A stretch of 64,000 nt of DNA from Myxococcota bacterium. Its GTDB lineage: Bacteria > Myxococcota_A > SURF-8. The stretch spans positions 1,728,001 through 1,792,000 of the forward strand of contig CAXXQS010000001.1 in NCBI GenBank assembly GCA_963674735.2. Direction: 5' to 3'. Below, in pieces: positions 18,841-26,882 of this stretch. Under the pieces are notes generated by a model. It was not told the DNA's origin and made no database searches. It worked only from the letters and a program-made list of their open reading frames with translations. Position 1 is the first letter of the stretch. Every line of letters starts with the position of its first letter. The position numbers and the translations under genes were made by a program.

Positions 18841-18867
18841 AGCCCACCAACTTTGGTGGGCTTTTTA
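18841..18867 (+). terminator. Rho-independent terminator
   Basis: AGCCCACCAA-CT-TTGGTGGGCT followed by a T-tract. Confidence 0.75.
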
Positions 18868-18886
18868 TGTGGTCGAAGACAGAATA

Positions 18887-19392
18887 CCACGGGCATGCCC
18901 GTGGATGAATGAGCCCGGCGGTGGTATGATGTTGGAATGGAATGTATCAAGTCAGCTCATAGCGTTTACAGTCTGCACTACCATGTAGTGTGGGTAAGCA
19001 AGTACCGCCGCCGGATCCTGAAGCCTGGCGTCTGTACGTATTTACGGAAAGTATTGCCGAAGTTGCTGAGGAAAATGCCCGGCGTGGAGCTAGAGACGAT
19101 TGGCTTTGACCAGGATCACCTTCATATGGTGATGGTGATTCCCCCGACCTATCGCATTTCGGATGTAATGGGACAATTGAAAAGCCAATCGTCGTCGCAC
19201 ATGCGAAAATCCTTCAAGTGGTTATCGAAAGTTTATTGGAAGGAAAACCTAGTATGGTCGTCGGGCTATTTTGTCAGCAGCGTAGGCGTCGATGAGGAAA
19301 CCGTAAAGAATTACGTTGAACATCAAGGACGCCAGGATTCAGGTCAGCTTCGCATGAAGCTGTAACAGTAAGGACCCCGGGCATGCCCGGGG
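18887..19392 (+). mobile_element. IS200-type element (IS200/IS605 family, tnpA only)
   Basis: Subterminal palindromes CCACGGGCATGCCCGTGG (18887-18904) and CCCCGGGCATGCCCGGGG (19375-19392) flank tnpA; exact ends lie a few bp outside. Confidence 0.88.
18937..19365 (+). CDS. tnpA: HUH Y1 transposase
   Basis: YHVVWVSKYRR, DHLHM (HUH), WSSGYF, YVEHQ. Confidence 0.93.
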   Translation: MECIKSAHSVYSLHYHVVWVSKYRRRILKPGVCTYLRKVLPKLLRKMPGVELETIGFDQDHLHMVMVIPPTYRISDVMGQLKSQSSSHMRKSFKWLSKVYWKENLVWSSGYFVSSVGVDEETVKNYVEHQGRQDSGQLRMKL

Positions 19393-19585
19393 GAATCTAT
19401 TTAACAGCTATGCGGGTTCTCACAGTCTTGCATAGCTGCTTGAATTTTATGCTTTTTCCGTTTCGACGGTCGGCGACTTGAATTCTGAGAACGGATGACG
19501 GATCACCAGCTTCCTCGTCCCAGTAGCCCCATCTGGCCGCTTCTTGCCTCTCAGAACCAGAGAACGGGTAAAGAACGGGTTGGCT

Positions 19586-19825
19586 GGTTAACAGCAATTG
19601 ATTTTATTTGATACTTGACAATTCGGGGTGGTTAACAGCAAAAATGAGCGACCTTCTAAGCTCTTGTAATCATAAGATATTCCCGCTTGTTAAACTGAGA
19701 ATAAAAATCGGTTTGCAAAGGGCTACGACGGGGCTTCAAGATGTATGTTCACGCAAACCGGGAGTCGATCAGGGAATGTCGTTTAAATTCATGGGGATAC
19801 AATTTCGACCTGCCGGTTAACAGCA
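19586..19825 (+). repeat. Dispersed 11-bp direct repeat GGTTAACAGCA x3
   Basis: Exact copies at 19586, 19630 and 19815; variant TTTAACAGCTA at ~19400; tandem AGAACGGGT at 19561-19580. Confidence 0.6.
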
Positions 19826-19904
19826 CGGCCTCGGAAAGCCGTCTCAGCGTGGCGAGTCGCCCAGTCTACCGGGAAATACCACAAAAAAGCCACGCTGGTC
19901 TTGA

Positions 19905-21363
19905 ATGGAGTTCCCCCATTTTTCATGAGTCGAAAAGGGGTAGTTGTGGATCGGGTGGGCGTTTGTCGGCTCTGCTGTGCAGAGTTCCCTTTCCGGCTTT
20001 GTGCAGAATGTCCCTCATACCGTCGGCTAAAGCGTAATATCGAAAGTCGGGGACGCCGAATAATCGCTTGGCTGCGTCCAATGCGTGCAAGGCCAGGATC
20101 TTCAGTCGGGCCTCCAGCCCCACCTTCACCGCCGTGAAATGCATCAGAGCCAGCAATAACGTCACCAGATTCTTCAAGCGCCGATAGGTCAAGACCCGCA
20201 CGTTCTCCAGGCCATAGCTCTGCTTGACGAAACGGATCGTGTCTTCCACCCGCCAGCGCGTCAGATACGATTGAACCGCCCACCACAAGACCTTGCGGCT
20301 TCTCCGCATCGGCTCGGTGGTCAACAGCAGCATGGGACGCTTGCCCAAGCCTCTGACGACCACCAGCCACAACGGTCGCTCGGGGCATTCCGGCAGGCGC
20401 ACCGGCAGATAACCGAAATGGATGAAGTACGCCTTCTCCTTGCCGTCTTTTTCCTTCACCACCGTTTCGGCATACGGCGTTTTACAGGTTTCAGCCAACT
20501 TCATTTCGTTCTTCGCCTTGCCTTTGTACAGCAGATGGCGGTCGCCGCGCTGGCGCACCAGATAGCGCACCTGCTCGTCCTTCGTCCAGGGCGCGAGCAT
20601 CTCCCGCCGGTCGCCGCCGCGATCGTAGACCAGAATGCCCCGGTGCTCCGTGGCGGCCAGCACGCGATCCACCAGCGTGAGAATCTCGTGGTTCTCGCTC
20701 ACGAAATCGGGCGACGCCTGCGACCACAAAATCTGCGCCAGGGGCGTGATGTCGTGCTCGCCCGTCTCGCAGCCGACCACCTCGCACATCCAGTAACCGT
20801 CGCCGATTATCTTCTCGCTGGCGTCGCGCACCTCGGCCAGATACTGCATCTTCTTCGCATACTTCTTGGTGATGTCCGACGGATCGACGATCAAAAGCGT
20901 GTCGTCCCGGATGCGCTTCGCGCCCTGGATCAGCACCGATTCGGAAATCGTCTCCTCCAATTTCTCGTCGTCGAGGTTGGCCGACAGGCGTTTGTGCGTG
21001 GCGTGCAGAGCGATGGGCTCCTCCAAGCGGCGCGCCACCTCGGTCAGCAGCACCGAGCCCGAGGCGCACATGCCGTAAATCATCTCTTCCACGAAACGGG
21101 TGGACACCTTGCCCAGCTTTGTCGAAAGTTCCCCCGAAAAATGATGGATTTGCGCTCGCAATTTGTGCCCGAGTTGATGTAGCATGGCGATGGACCTCTT
21201 GGATTTTGTTAAGCAAATAGCGGCTTCGACACCCGTTGCTTAACACCTTGAGGTCCGTCTTGTCTCGTATGAAAATCCCCCATTTTTCACTTGCGGACAA
21301 ACCTATCCAGATAGAATCAGAACGGTTTTAGGAGCGGAACGCCCAGAAATGGGGGAACTTCAT
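19905..21363 (-). mobile_element. IS4-family element with target site duplication
   Basis: IRs ATGGAGTTCCCCCATTT / AAATGGGGGAACTTCAT; flanking direct repeat TGGTCTTGA (19896-19904, 21364-21372); end placement ambiguous by 1-2 bp. Confidence 0.88.
19923..21185 (-). CDS. IS4-family DDE transposase
   Basis: LIVDPSD, YDRGGD, YLTRWRVEDTIRFVK (Y-R-E-K signature); C-terminal QLPLF clamp-like motif. Confidence 0.9.
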   Translation of the reverse strand: MLHQLGHKLRAQIHHFSGELSTKLGKVSTRFVEEMIYGMCASGSVLLTEVARRLEEPIALHATHKRLSANLDDEKLEETISESVLIQGAKRIRDDTLLIVDPSDITKKYAKKMQYLAEVRDASEKIIGDGYWMCEVVGCETGEHDITPLAQILWSQASPDFVSENHEILTLVDRVLAATEHRGILVYDRGGDRREMLAPWTKDEQVRYLVRQRGDRHLLYKGKAKNEMKLAETCKTPYAETVVKEKDGKEKAYFIHFGYLPVRLPECPERPLWLVVVRGLGKRPMLLLTTEPMRRSRKVLWWAVQSYLTRWRVEDTIRFVKQSYGLENVRVLTYRRLKNLVTLLLALMHFTAVKVGLEARLKILALHALDAAKRLFGVPDFRYYALADGMRDILHKAGKGTLHSRADKRPPDPQLPLFDS

Positions 21364-21368
21364 TGGTC

Positions 21369-21406
21369 TTGACAATAGCCCTGTGAATGGCTAGGGTTTT
21401 TATAGT
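21369..21406 (+). promoter_or_regulatory. Putative promoter of the viperin-containing unit
   Basis: TTGACA (21369-21374), N17, TAGGGT; TAGCC-N8-GGCTA inverted repeat in the spacer; alternative -10 TATAGT at 21401. Confidence 0.5.
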
Positions 21407-21523
21407 GTCCGAGCTTGCCGATCAACATCGGCGATTCCGATCTGCTGACTTCTCCGTCAACAGAACCTCAAGGCGCTGAGAAAACAACCCGAGGTAACTT
21501 GCCCGAGAGGCAGGAGGAATCCG

Positions 21524-23224
21524 ATGGCCCCCTTTAATCCAATTGAACCCGATGAACTTGCGCATTCACCGCTTGCTGCTGGTTTTGTGACTGCTGGAAT
21601 GCAAGAACGTGATGCAGAGTGGCTTGCCAGAATCTTGATATACGGCGGTTTTGTGTTTGACGAAGGAGATTCTACACCGCTTTTTTTTCCATTCATGTTG
21701 AGTTTGGAAGAGTTTACAGAAAAAATCATCGTTCCATTCAAAGAACCTGTTCCAACTACCAAAAAGAACCGCAATCTAATCAATGCTCTTCAACAAATCA
21801 TAGGTTTAGTAGGGCCGCACAGGGACGGCAGGCTTTTGGCGATAATGGCGTACTTGGCGGATGTATACCGTAATCGTGAATACAGCTCGTTTACCAAGAT
21901 TTATGAAAGTAATTGGTGGAAACAATTTATTCAACCGTCTGAACCATTTATTCCGATCTCCTGGCACAATGCAGTAAAAGAATTGTCGGAAAAAGGGTAT
22001 ATTCCCAAGAGTATAAAGTACTTTAGATCTTTGATTAACTCTTTAAAACGGGATAAAAAAGCCTTCTGGCTTTCGGCAATACGTTGGGACTTACTGAGCG
22101 AGGCTCATGTCTCTATCGACGATAGGATACGAGATCCAAGACGACTGGACTTCTGGCTGGAGGCAGGAAACCCCGAGAAAGCAATAAAGAACCCGGAAGT
22201 AGATAAGGCCATCTGCGGATATTTATCGGAAGTTTCTGACTCTCAACTCGGGGTCGCGGCGCTCAACCTTGCAACGGCATTGACGGATTCACTCGATGCT
22301 TCTGAATGGCAGTACATCGCGCCTAGATGGACGAGATTTCACAATTTGTATTCCGGGGAAGAGGAAAGCATAATTACACTGTTATTGGCGCGATATCAGG
22401 CACAGCAATCGGATGAACATTTGAAAATGGCTCTGCTTCGCCTGTTCCTTTTGCGCTTTCGAGAAAATGAACTCAATCCCGATATCGCCAAACCCCTGCT
22501 GACCGTCGCGAAAAAGGAACTTGGCCAAAACCGCCCATTGCTCAAAAAAGATGCCGAAAAGCCGTTCGATCCCCATTCATTGAATGCGCCCTTAGCCTTC
22601 CTGTTTCGCTTCGGCGGTCCCAGCCCGGCGCTGGAAACCATGCTTACACTATTCAGTGCGCTTGAACATCCTGCTGTCACACCGGACCTTAGATACTGGA
22701 AAGAGGAAGGATTGGTTGATCCGCCGGAAACTTATCGCTGGATTCCCGATCGGATTGCCGCCATCATCCACGCGCTGGGAGCCGAGCAGGAAAAGGATCC
22801 CACGCTAGAAAGTGTTCGTAGATCCTTGGCGCAGTTCTTTCTAAAGCGGCTGAAATCGAAAGATAATGTTAATGACAGAGATGTAATCGATGACGATTTC
22901 ATCGAGAACCGTTGGGAGTGGCGATATTTTTACGTCCGAGCTCTACGCGAATTGAAGGTCAATCCCCTGGGCAAAAGCCACCACGTGCTTCGTTGGGTAT
23001 CCGAAAACGACCCGCATGAGGAAGTACGTGAAGAGGCGAAAAAAGCGTATAAAGAACTCCGGCATCAGGTCAGCTTGCCTGCTGAGACATCTCCTCGGAA
23101 ACCGCTTTTCGCCGCGTTCTGGTGGCTCAGGCAAGCTCACCTGAATTCGTTGGGGATTGAACCGGACCCACAAGGGGCCCAGCGCACCCGCAGCAAGGAG
23201 GTGACCTACACAAACAGAACCTAA
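21524..23224 (+). CDS. Hypothetical alpha-helical protein (566 aa) with HEAT-like C-terminal segment
   Basis: AGGAGG RBS; long ORF; YVRALRELKVNP...VSENDPHEEVREEAKKAY resembles a HEAT repeat. Confidence 0.8.
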   Translation: MAPFNPIEPDELAHSPLAAGFVTAGMQERDAEWLARILIYGGFVFDEGDSTPLFFPFMLSLEEFTEKIIVPFKEPVPTTKKNRNLINALQQIIGLVGPHRDGRLLAIMAYLADVYRNREYSSFTKIYESNWWKQFIQPSEPFIPISWHNAVKELSEKGYIPKSIKYFRSLINSLKRDKKAFWLSAIRWDLLSEAHVSIDDRIRDPRRLDFWLEAGNPEKAIKNPEVDKAICGYLSEVSDSQLGVAALNLATALTDSLDASEWQYIAPRWTRFHNLYSGEEESIITLLLARYQAQQSDEHLKMALLRLFLLRFRENELNPDIAKPLLTVAKKELGQNRPLLKKDAEKPFDPHSLNAPLAFLFRFGGPSPALETMLTLFSALEHPAVTPDLRYWKEEGLVDPPETYRWIPDRIAAIIHALGAEQEKDPTLESVRRSLAQFFLKRLKSKDNVNDRDVIDDDFIENRWEWRYFYVRALRELKVNPLGKSHHVLRWVSENDPHEEVREEAKKAYKELRHQVSLPAETSPRKPLFAAFWWLRQAHLNSLGIEPDPQGAQRTRSKEVTYTNRT

Positions 23225-23338
23225 CCGTTGATTGTGAGGTTCCGCTTGGGAACGTAAGCGTCCCGCCCGGCCTTTCGGCTGTCCGAACCTCGTCTTTCAG
23301 TTTGCAAATGAAGACAAACGCAAGAAAGGACAAAGGAA

Positions 23339-23641
23339 ATGCGTATATCCAACGTACTGGTGCTGACGCACCACGCCCGCAAGCGAATCCAGCAGCGGGG
23401 CATCCCCCAAGCAGCCATACAGACGATCTTCACCTTCGGCACACCGCACCATGCCGGTAAAGGCTGTGTCGCGTACCACATCGACACAAAGGCCATACAA
23501 AAAGCGAAACATGACGGCCATGACCTGACCGAGTTGAAGAACACAGCTTGCATCGTCGCAGAGAACCGAGTTGTGGTTACGGTCGAGCATGCGACGAGAA
23601 AACCCAGAAAATGGTCTAACGGCAACGGAGGGAGGTCATGA
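23339..23641 (+). CDS. DUF4258-like small protein (putative RelE/BrnT-like nuclease fold)
   Basis: LTHHARKRIQQRGI motif and C-terminal VVVTV; ATGA overlap with viperin. Confidence 0.75.
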   Translation: MRISNVLVLTHHARKRIQQRGIPQAAIQTIFTFGTPHHAGKGCVAYHIDTKAIQKAKHDGHDLTELKNTACIVAENRVVVTVEHATRKPRKWSNGNGGRS

Positions 23642-24504
23642 TGACGAGACCATTCCCTCCATCCGTGAACTGGCATATCTGGGCCGCATGCAACATGAAT
23701 TGTCGATTCTGTTTTGCGGTCTTCAATGATGTTAAGGCGACGTTGCATGGCAGACCGTCGATTGATAAAACCAACAACATCCTGCTTGCGAAGATGATCG
23801 GAAGCGCTTTCGCCAAGGTTTCTGTTGCAGGAGGCGAGGCGCTTCTCTGCCCCTACCTAGTTGAAATTCTCGCCAGCCTGAAATCGAGCGGAACAACGAC
23901 CGCCCTGATTACCAAGAGGGCCAGATTGATCGACAATCCGGAGCTGCTTTGCCGTCTTGCTCCACACCTGGACTGGATCGGTATCAGCATCGATAGCTTC
24001 AACCCTGAAGTTCAGATAGATCTCGGCAGGGCTAAAAACGGACGGGCATATCGACCAGAGCAGTATGTAGAACTGGCTTTGAGGATCAAGAAGGCGGACA
24101 TCCGGTTGAAGGTCAATTCGGTAGTTACGAAGCTGACGATAGCCGAGAATATGACTCCTTGGATAAAAGCCATGGGACCGGAACGATGGAAAGTATTTCA
24201 GGTTTTGCCGATTGACGGACAGAACGATGGAAGAATAGAGGATCTACTGATTTCCGAACACGAATTCAAGGAGTTCGTGGCTCGGCATAGACGTGAACTC
24301 GGAGCCGTGTTAATCCCGGAGTCGAACGAAGCGATGACCGGAAGTTATGCGATGATCGATCCCGCCGGTCGGTTTTTCGATAATGTATCGGGTAGTTTAA
24401 GGTATTCTCAACCGATTCATGACACTGAGATACTGCGGGCATGGCAGCAAGTTCAGTTCTGTGAGGAAAAATTCCGTATCCGTGGTGGGGAATACCGATG
24501 GTGA
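23638..24504 (+). CDS. vip: Prokaryotic viperin (antiviral radical SAM, ddhNTP synthase family)
   Basis: SVNWHIWAACNMNCRFCF, AGGE, LDWIGISIDS, LKVNSVV, PERWKVFQVLPI, ESNEAMTGSYAMIDPAGRFFDN, C-terminal KFRIRGGEYRW. Confidence 0.93.
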   Translation: MMTRPFPPSVNWHIWAACNMNCRFCFAVFNDVKATLHGRPSIDKTNNILLAKMIGSAFAKVSVAGGEALLCPYLVEILASLKSSGTTTALITKRARLIDNPELLCRLAPHLDWIGISIDSFNPEVQIDLGRAKNGRAYRPEQYVELALRIKKADIRLKVNSVVTKLTIAENMTPWIKAMGPERWKVFQVLPIDGQNDGRIEDLLISEHEFKEFVARHRRELGAVLIPESNEAMTGSYAMIDPAGRFFDNVSGSLRYSQPIHDTEILRAWQQVQFCEEKFRIRGGEYRW

Positions 24505-24823
24505 TAGTGACAACTATTTACCGAAACACGTATCTAATACAACGTGCCGGTAAACATACACATCGCGAACTCAAGCGGTTTGATGAGTTTTCAGACCTGT
24601 TGCCAGTTGCAAAGGGATAAATGAAGAGGCTTTCGCCCCTTCACTTGGCGACGCGTCAGCGGTTCAGGCTGGCGCGCCGTCATTCTCGACAAAGTATTCC
24701 AATTCCCCCAGCACCTGCAGCACCGCCCAGGCATCCACCGTCAGCCCATTGCCCCCGAGGACGCCGTCCCAGGATGACCCAGAACTCGTCCAGGTCGCCC
24801 GGTATACCAGGATAGGCCAGACC

Positions 24824-24859
24824 ACCCGGACTACCCGGACTACCCGGACTACGGGGACT
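24824..24859 (+). repeat. 9-bp tandem repeat (ACCCGGACT)x3 plus 1 degenerate
   Basis: Read directly from the sequence. Confidence 0.85.
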
Positions 24860-25037
24860 GCCCGGGCCTATTCCCAAGCCCCTGTTCATCTGCTCATAAA
24901 ACTCGCCAACCCCTCCACGGCTTCGGTCCAACTTGGATGATTATCTTCAAATCGGAAAGATACGCCCAATGCCTTCATGGCTGGGCCAAGCGCCTCTTGC
25001 AACAACTCAAGGCGGTAGTTGTTATCGTGCGACCATT

Positions 25038-25399
25038 GTTTCAATCCACGCCCCCGTGAAGGGGCGACGGAATATTCCTCGCCTTCGGCGGCGGTGATGA
25101 GGGGTTTCAATCCACGCCCCCGTGAAGGGGCGACACAGGGCTAAACGAAGTGTCACGATTGGAGGTTCGGTTTCAATCCACGCCCCCGTGAAGGGGCGAC
25201 TTCGTGGCGATTTTCCATTTCTTCGATAAGTTCTGTTTCAATCCACGCCCCCGTGAAGGGGCGACTAAATCTGTCGCCATGCGTTTGACATAGTTTGTTT
25301 TGTTTCAATCCACGCCCCCGTGAAGGGGCGACGGTGGTGATCTCAACCGCGCCCACCGATCGACAGGTGTTTCAATCCACGCCCCCGTGAAGGGGCGAC
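25038..25399 (-). CRISPR. Orphan CRISPR array, type I-C-like repeat, 6 repeats / 5 spacers
   Basis: Identical 31-bp repeats (minus strand GTCGCCCCTTCACGGGGGCGTGGATTGAAAC) start at 25038, 25104, 25170, 25235, 25302 and 25369; spacers 35, 35, 34, 36, 36 bp; no cas genes in window. Confidence 0.97.
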
Positions 25400-25440
25400 T
25401 GTACATCTTCAGCAAGAATGGGACAAATGTTGGTTTATTT

Positions 25441-26448
25441 CTAAGGGAGAGGATGAGCCATTTGTTGTTCGTTCCGGTCCGGGTGGTTTCGGTTCATGAT
25501 CTTTCGGTTTTCAAGGGTTCTTCGCTTCAATTCGGCTCGTTTTCGTAAGATCGCCTCCTTTCTGCCAAAGTATACGTCATCCGGTGTGACGTTGCCAAGA
25601 GCTTCGTGAACCCGGCGTTGGCTGTACCAATTCACGAATTCCAGGATTTCGTTTTCGATCTGGATCGGCGTTTCGTGCACGTTCTGGTTCACGCGCTCTT
25701 TCAGGCTTCTGTGATAGCGCTCGATCTTGCCGTTGGTCTGCGGGTGGTATGGGGCGGCGAAAATGTGGTGAATGCCTTTGATATCCAGATATTCCGCCAG
25801 TTCGCCACTAACGAGCGCACTGCCGCGGTCGGACAGGATGCGCGGCTTACGGTTCTCATCCATCCTGTCCACGCCTGTAAACTCGCAGGCCGCCTCGATC
25901 ACCTCCGAGAAATCCGGTGCCCGCATGCTGGGTTGTAAGCGCCAGGCCAGGATCTTGCGGCTTTTATCGTCCAGAACCGAGATCAGGTAATACCAGCCCC
26001 AATGCAGCGCCTTGAAATAGCTGGCGTCGGTCTGCCACTGCTCGTTGACCCGCTTCGGCTTGTAGCGGTACTCCGATGAGGCCGCAAAGGTCTTCACCGG
26101 ACGCGGAAAGACCAGCCCGGCTCGTTTGAGCGCACGATAGACCGTCGACTCGGATACGGCGAAGGCGCCGTGATCCGTGAGATGCACGGCCAGTTCCCGC
26201 GAGGACTTCTCCGGGAACTCGGCCGCCAGACGCAAAATCTCCGATCGCTCGACATCGAGCAGTTGGTTCCACACCCGGCCCCTGTACGGGCTCTTGTCCA
26301 CAAGCGCCGCTTCACCACTCGACGCATAGGCCTTCTTCCAACGGTAATAGGTCGATGGTGGCACATCGAGATCATGCAGGGTCTTGCGCACCGAAAACGG
26401 TGAACGCGCCACCGCGTCGAGCACCGCCCGTTTCATTTCGGCTTGCAT
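25441..26448 (-). CDS. IS3 orfB, DDE integrase core
   Basis: WQTD, ILSDRG, PQTNGKIERYHRSLK. Confidence 0.9.
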   Translation of the reverse strand: MQAEMKRAVLDAVARSPFSVRKTLHDLDVPPSTYYRWKKAYASSGEAALVDKSPYRGRVWNQLLDVERSEILRLAAEFPEKSSRELAVHLTDHGAFAVSESTVYRALKRAGLVFPRPVKTFAASSEYRYKPKRVNEQWQTDASYFKALHWGWYYLISVLDDKSRKILAWRLQPSMRAPDFSEVIEAACEFTGVDRMDENRKPRILSDRGSALVSGELAEYLDIKGIHHIFAAPYHPQTNGKIERYHRSLKERVNQNVHETPIQIENEILEFVNWYSQRRVHEALGNVTPDDVYFGRKEAILRKRAELKRRTLENRKIMNRNHPDRNEQQMAHPLP

Positions 26449-26466
26449 CCGCTTGTACCGGACGCT

Positions 26467-26791
26467 TACGAGCCGAGGCTTTTTTATATCGCAAGACAGC
26501 CAGATGCGCCTCGGCCAGGGAGATCTTGAGCTGCTCGTTCTCCGATTTCAGCTCACGCACCTCGTCGTCCGAGGCATCACGTTTCGTCTCACGCGTTAAC
26601 CCGTTCTTGCCGGCTTCGAGAAACTGTTTGGACCAGCGATAGAACAGGCTGGGCTGGATGCCTTCCCGGCGGCAGAGCTCGCTGATGGAAATCTCGCCGC
26701 GCAGCGATTCGACGACAATGCGGATCTTCTCGTCGGCACTGAATTTGCGGCGGGTGTTTCGGCGGATCTGTTTGACAACATTGGTGGCCAT
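26467..26791 (-). pseudogene. IS3 orfA with 1-nt deletion in the slippery A-run
   Basis: A6G (T6 at 26480-26485) versus A7G in copies A and C; the frame reads past the normal stop. Confidence 0.8.
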
Positions 26792-26882
26792 GGGGTCCTC
26801 CTCCTTCAGAGGTTGTACCCGGACCGGAACGGATGGTCAATCGTGGAAGCGGTCCCGACGCTGCAACGAGCGTCGGGACCGC

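Larger units (their letters stand above)
25400..26862 (-). mobile_element. IS3-family element, copy B (left end missing; slippery site mutated)
   Basis: Terminal TGTACATCTTCAGCAAGAATGGGACA at 25400; similarity to copy A ends near 26870. Confidence 0.92.

Noticed and set aside
18937-19600. TnpB/omega-RNA module associated with the IS200 tnpA
   Set aside because: The right-end palindrome follows tnpA directly; there is no tnpB ORF.
21524-23224. 566-aa protein as a Cas effector for the neighbouring array
   Set aside because: No RuvC, HNH, HEPN, RAMP or Cas3 motifs recognised; the repeat is typical of type I-C, whose genes are absent here.
23218-23338. Possible integron attC site (ACCTAAC at the stop codon of the 566-aa gene)
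   Set aside because: No matching GTTRRRY end at a suitable distance and no IntI-type integrase seen.
24886-25356. ORFs 24886-25110 and 25153-25356 with repeated VAPSRGRGLK
   Set aside because: These are translations of CRISPR repeats and spacers, not genes.
25069-25368. Self-targeting spacers within the window
   Set aside because: No match noticed by eye; an alignment is needed to exclude it properly.
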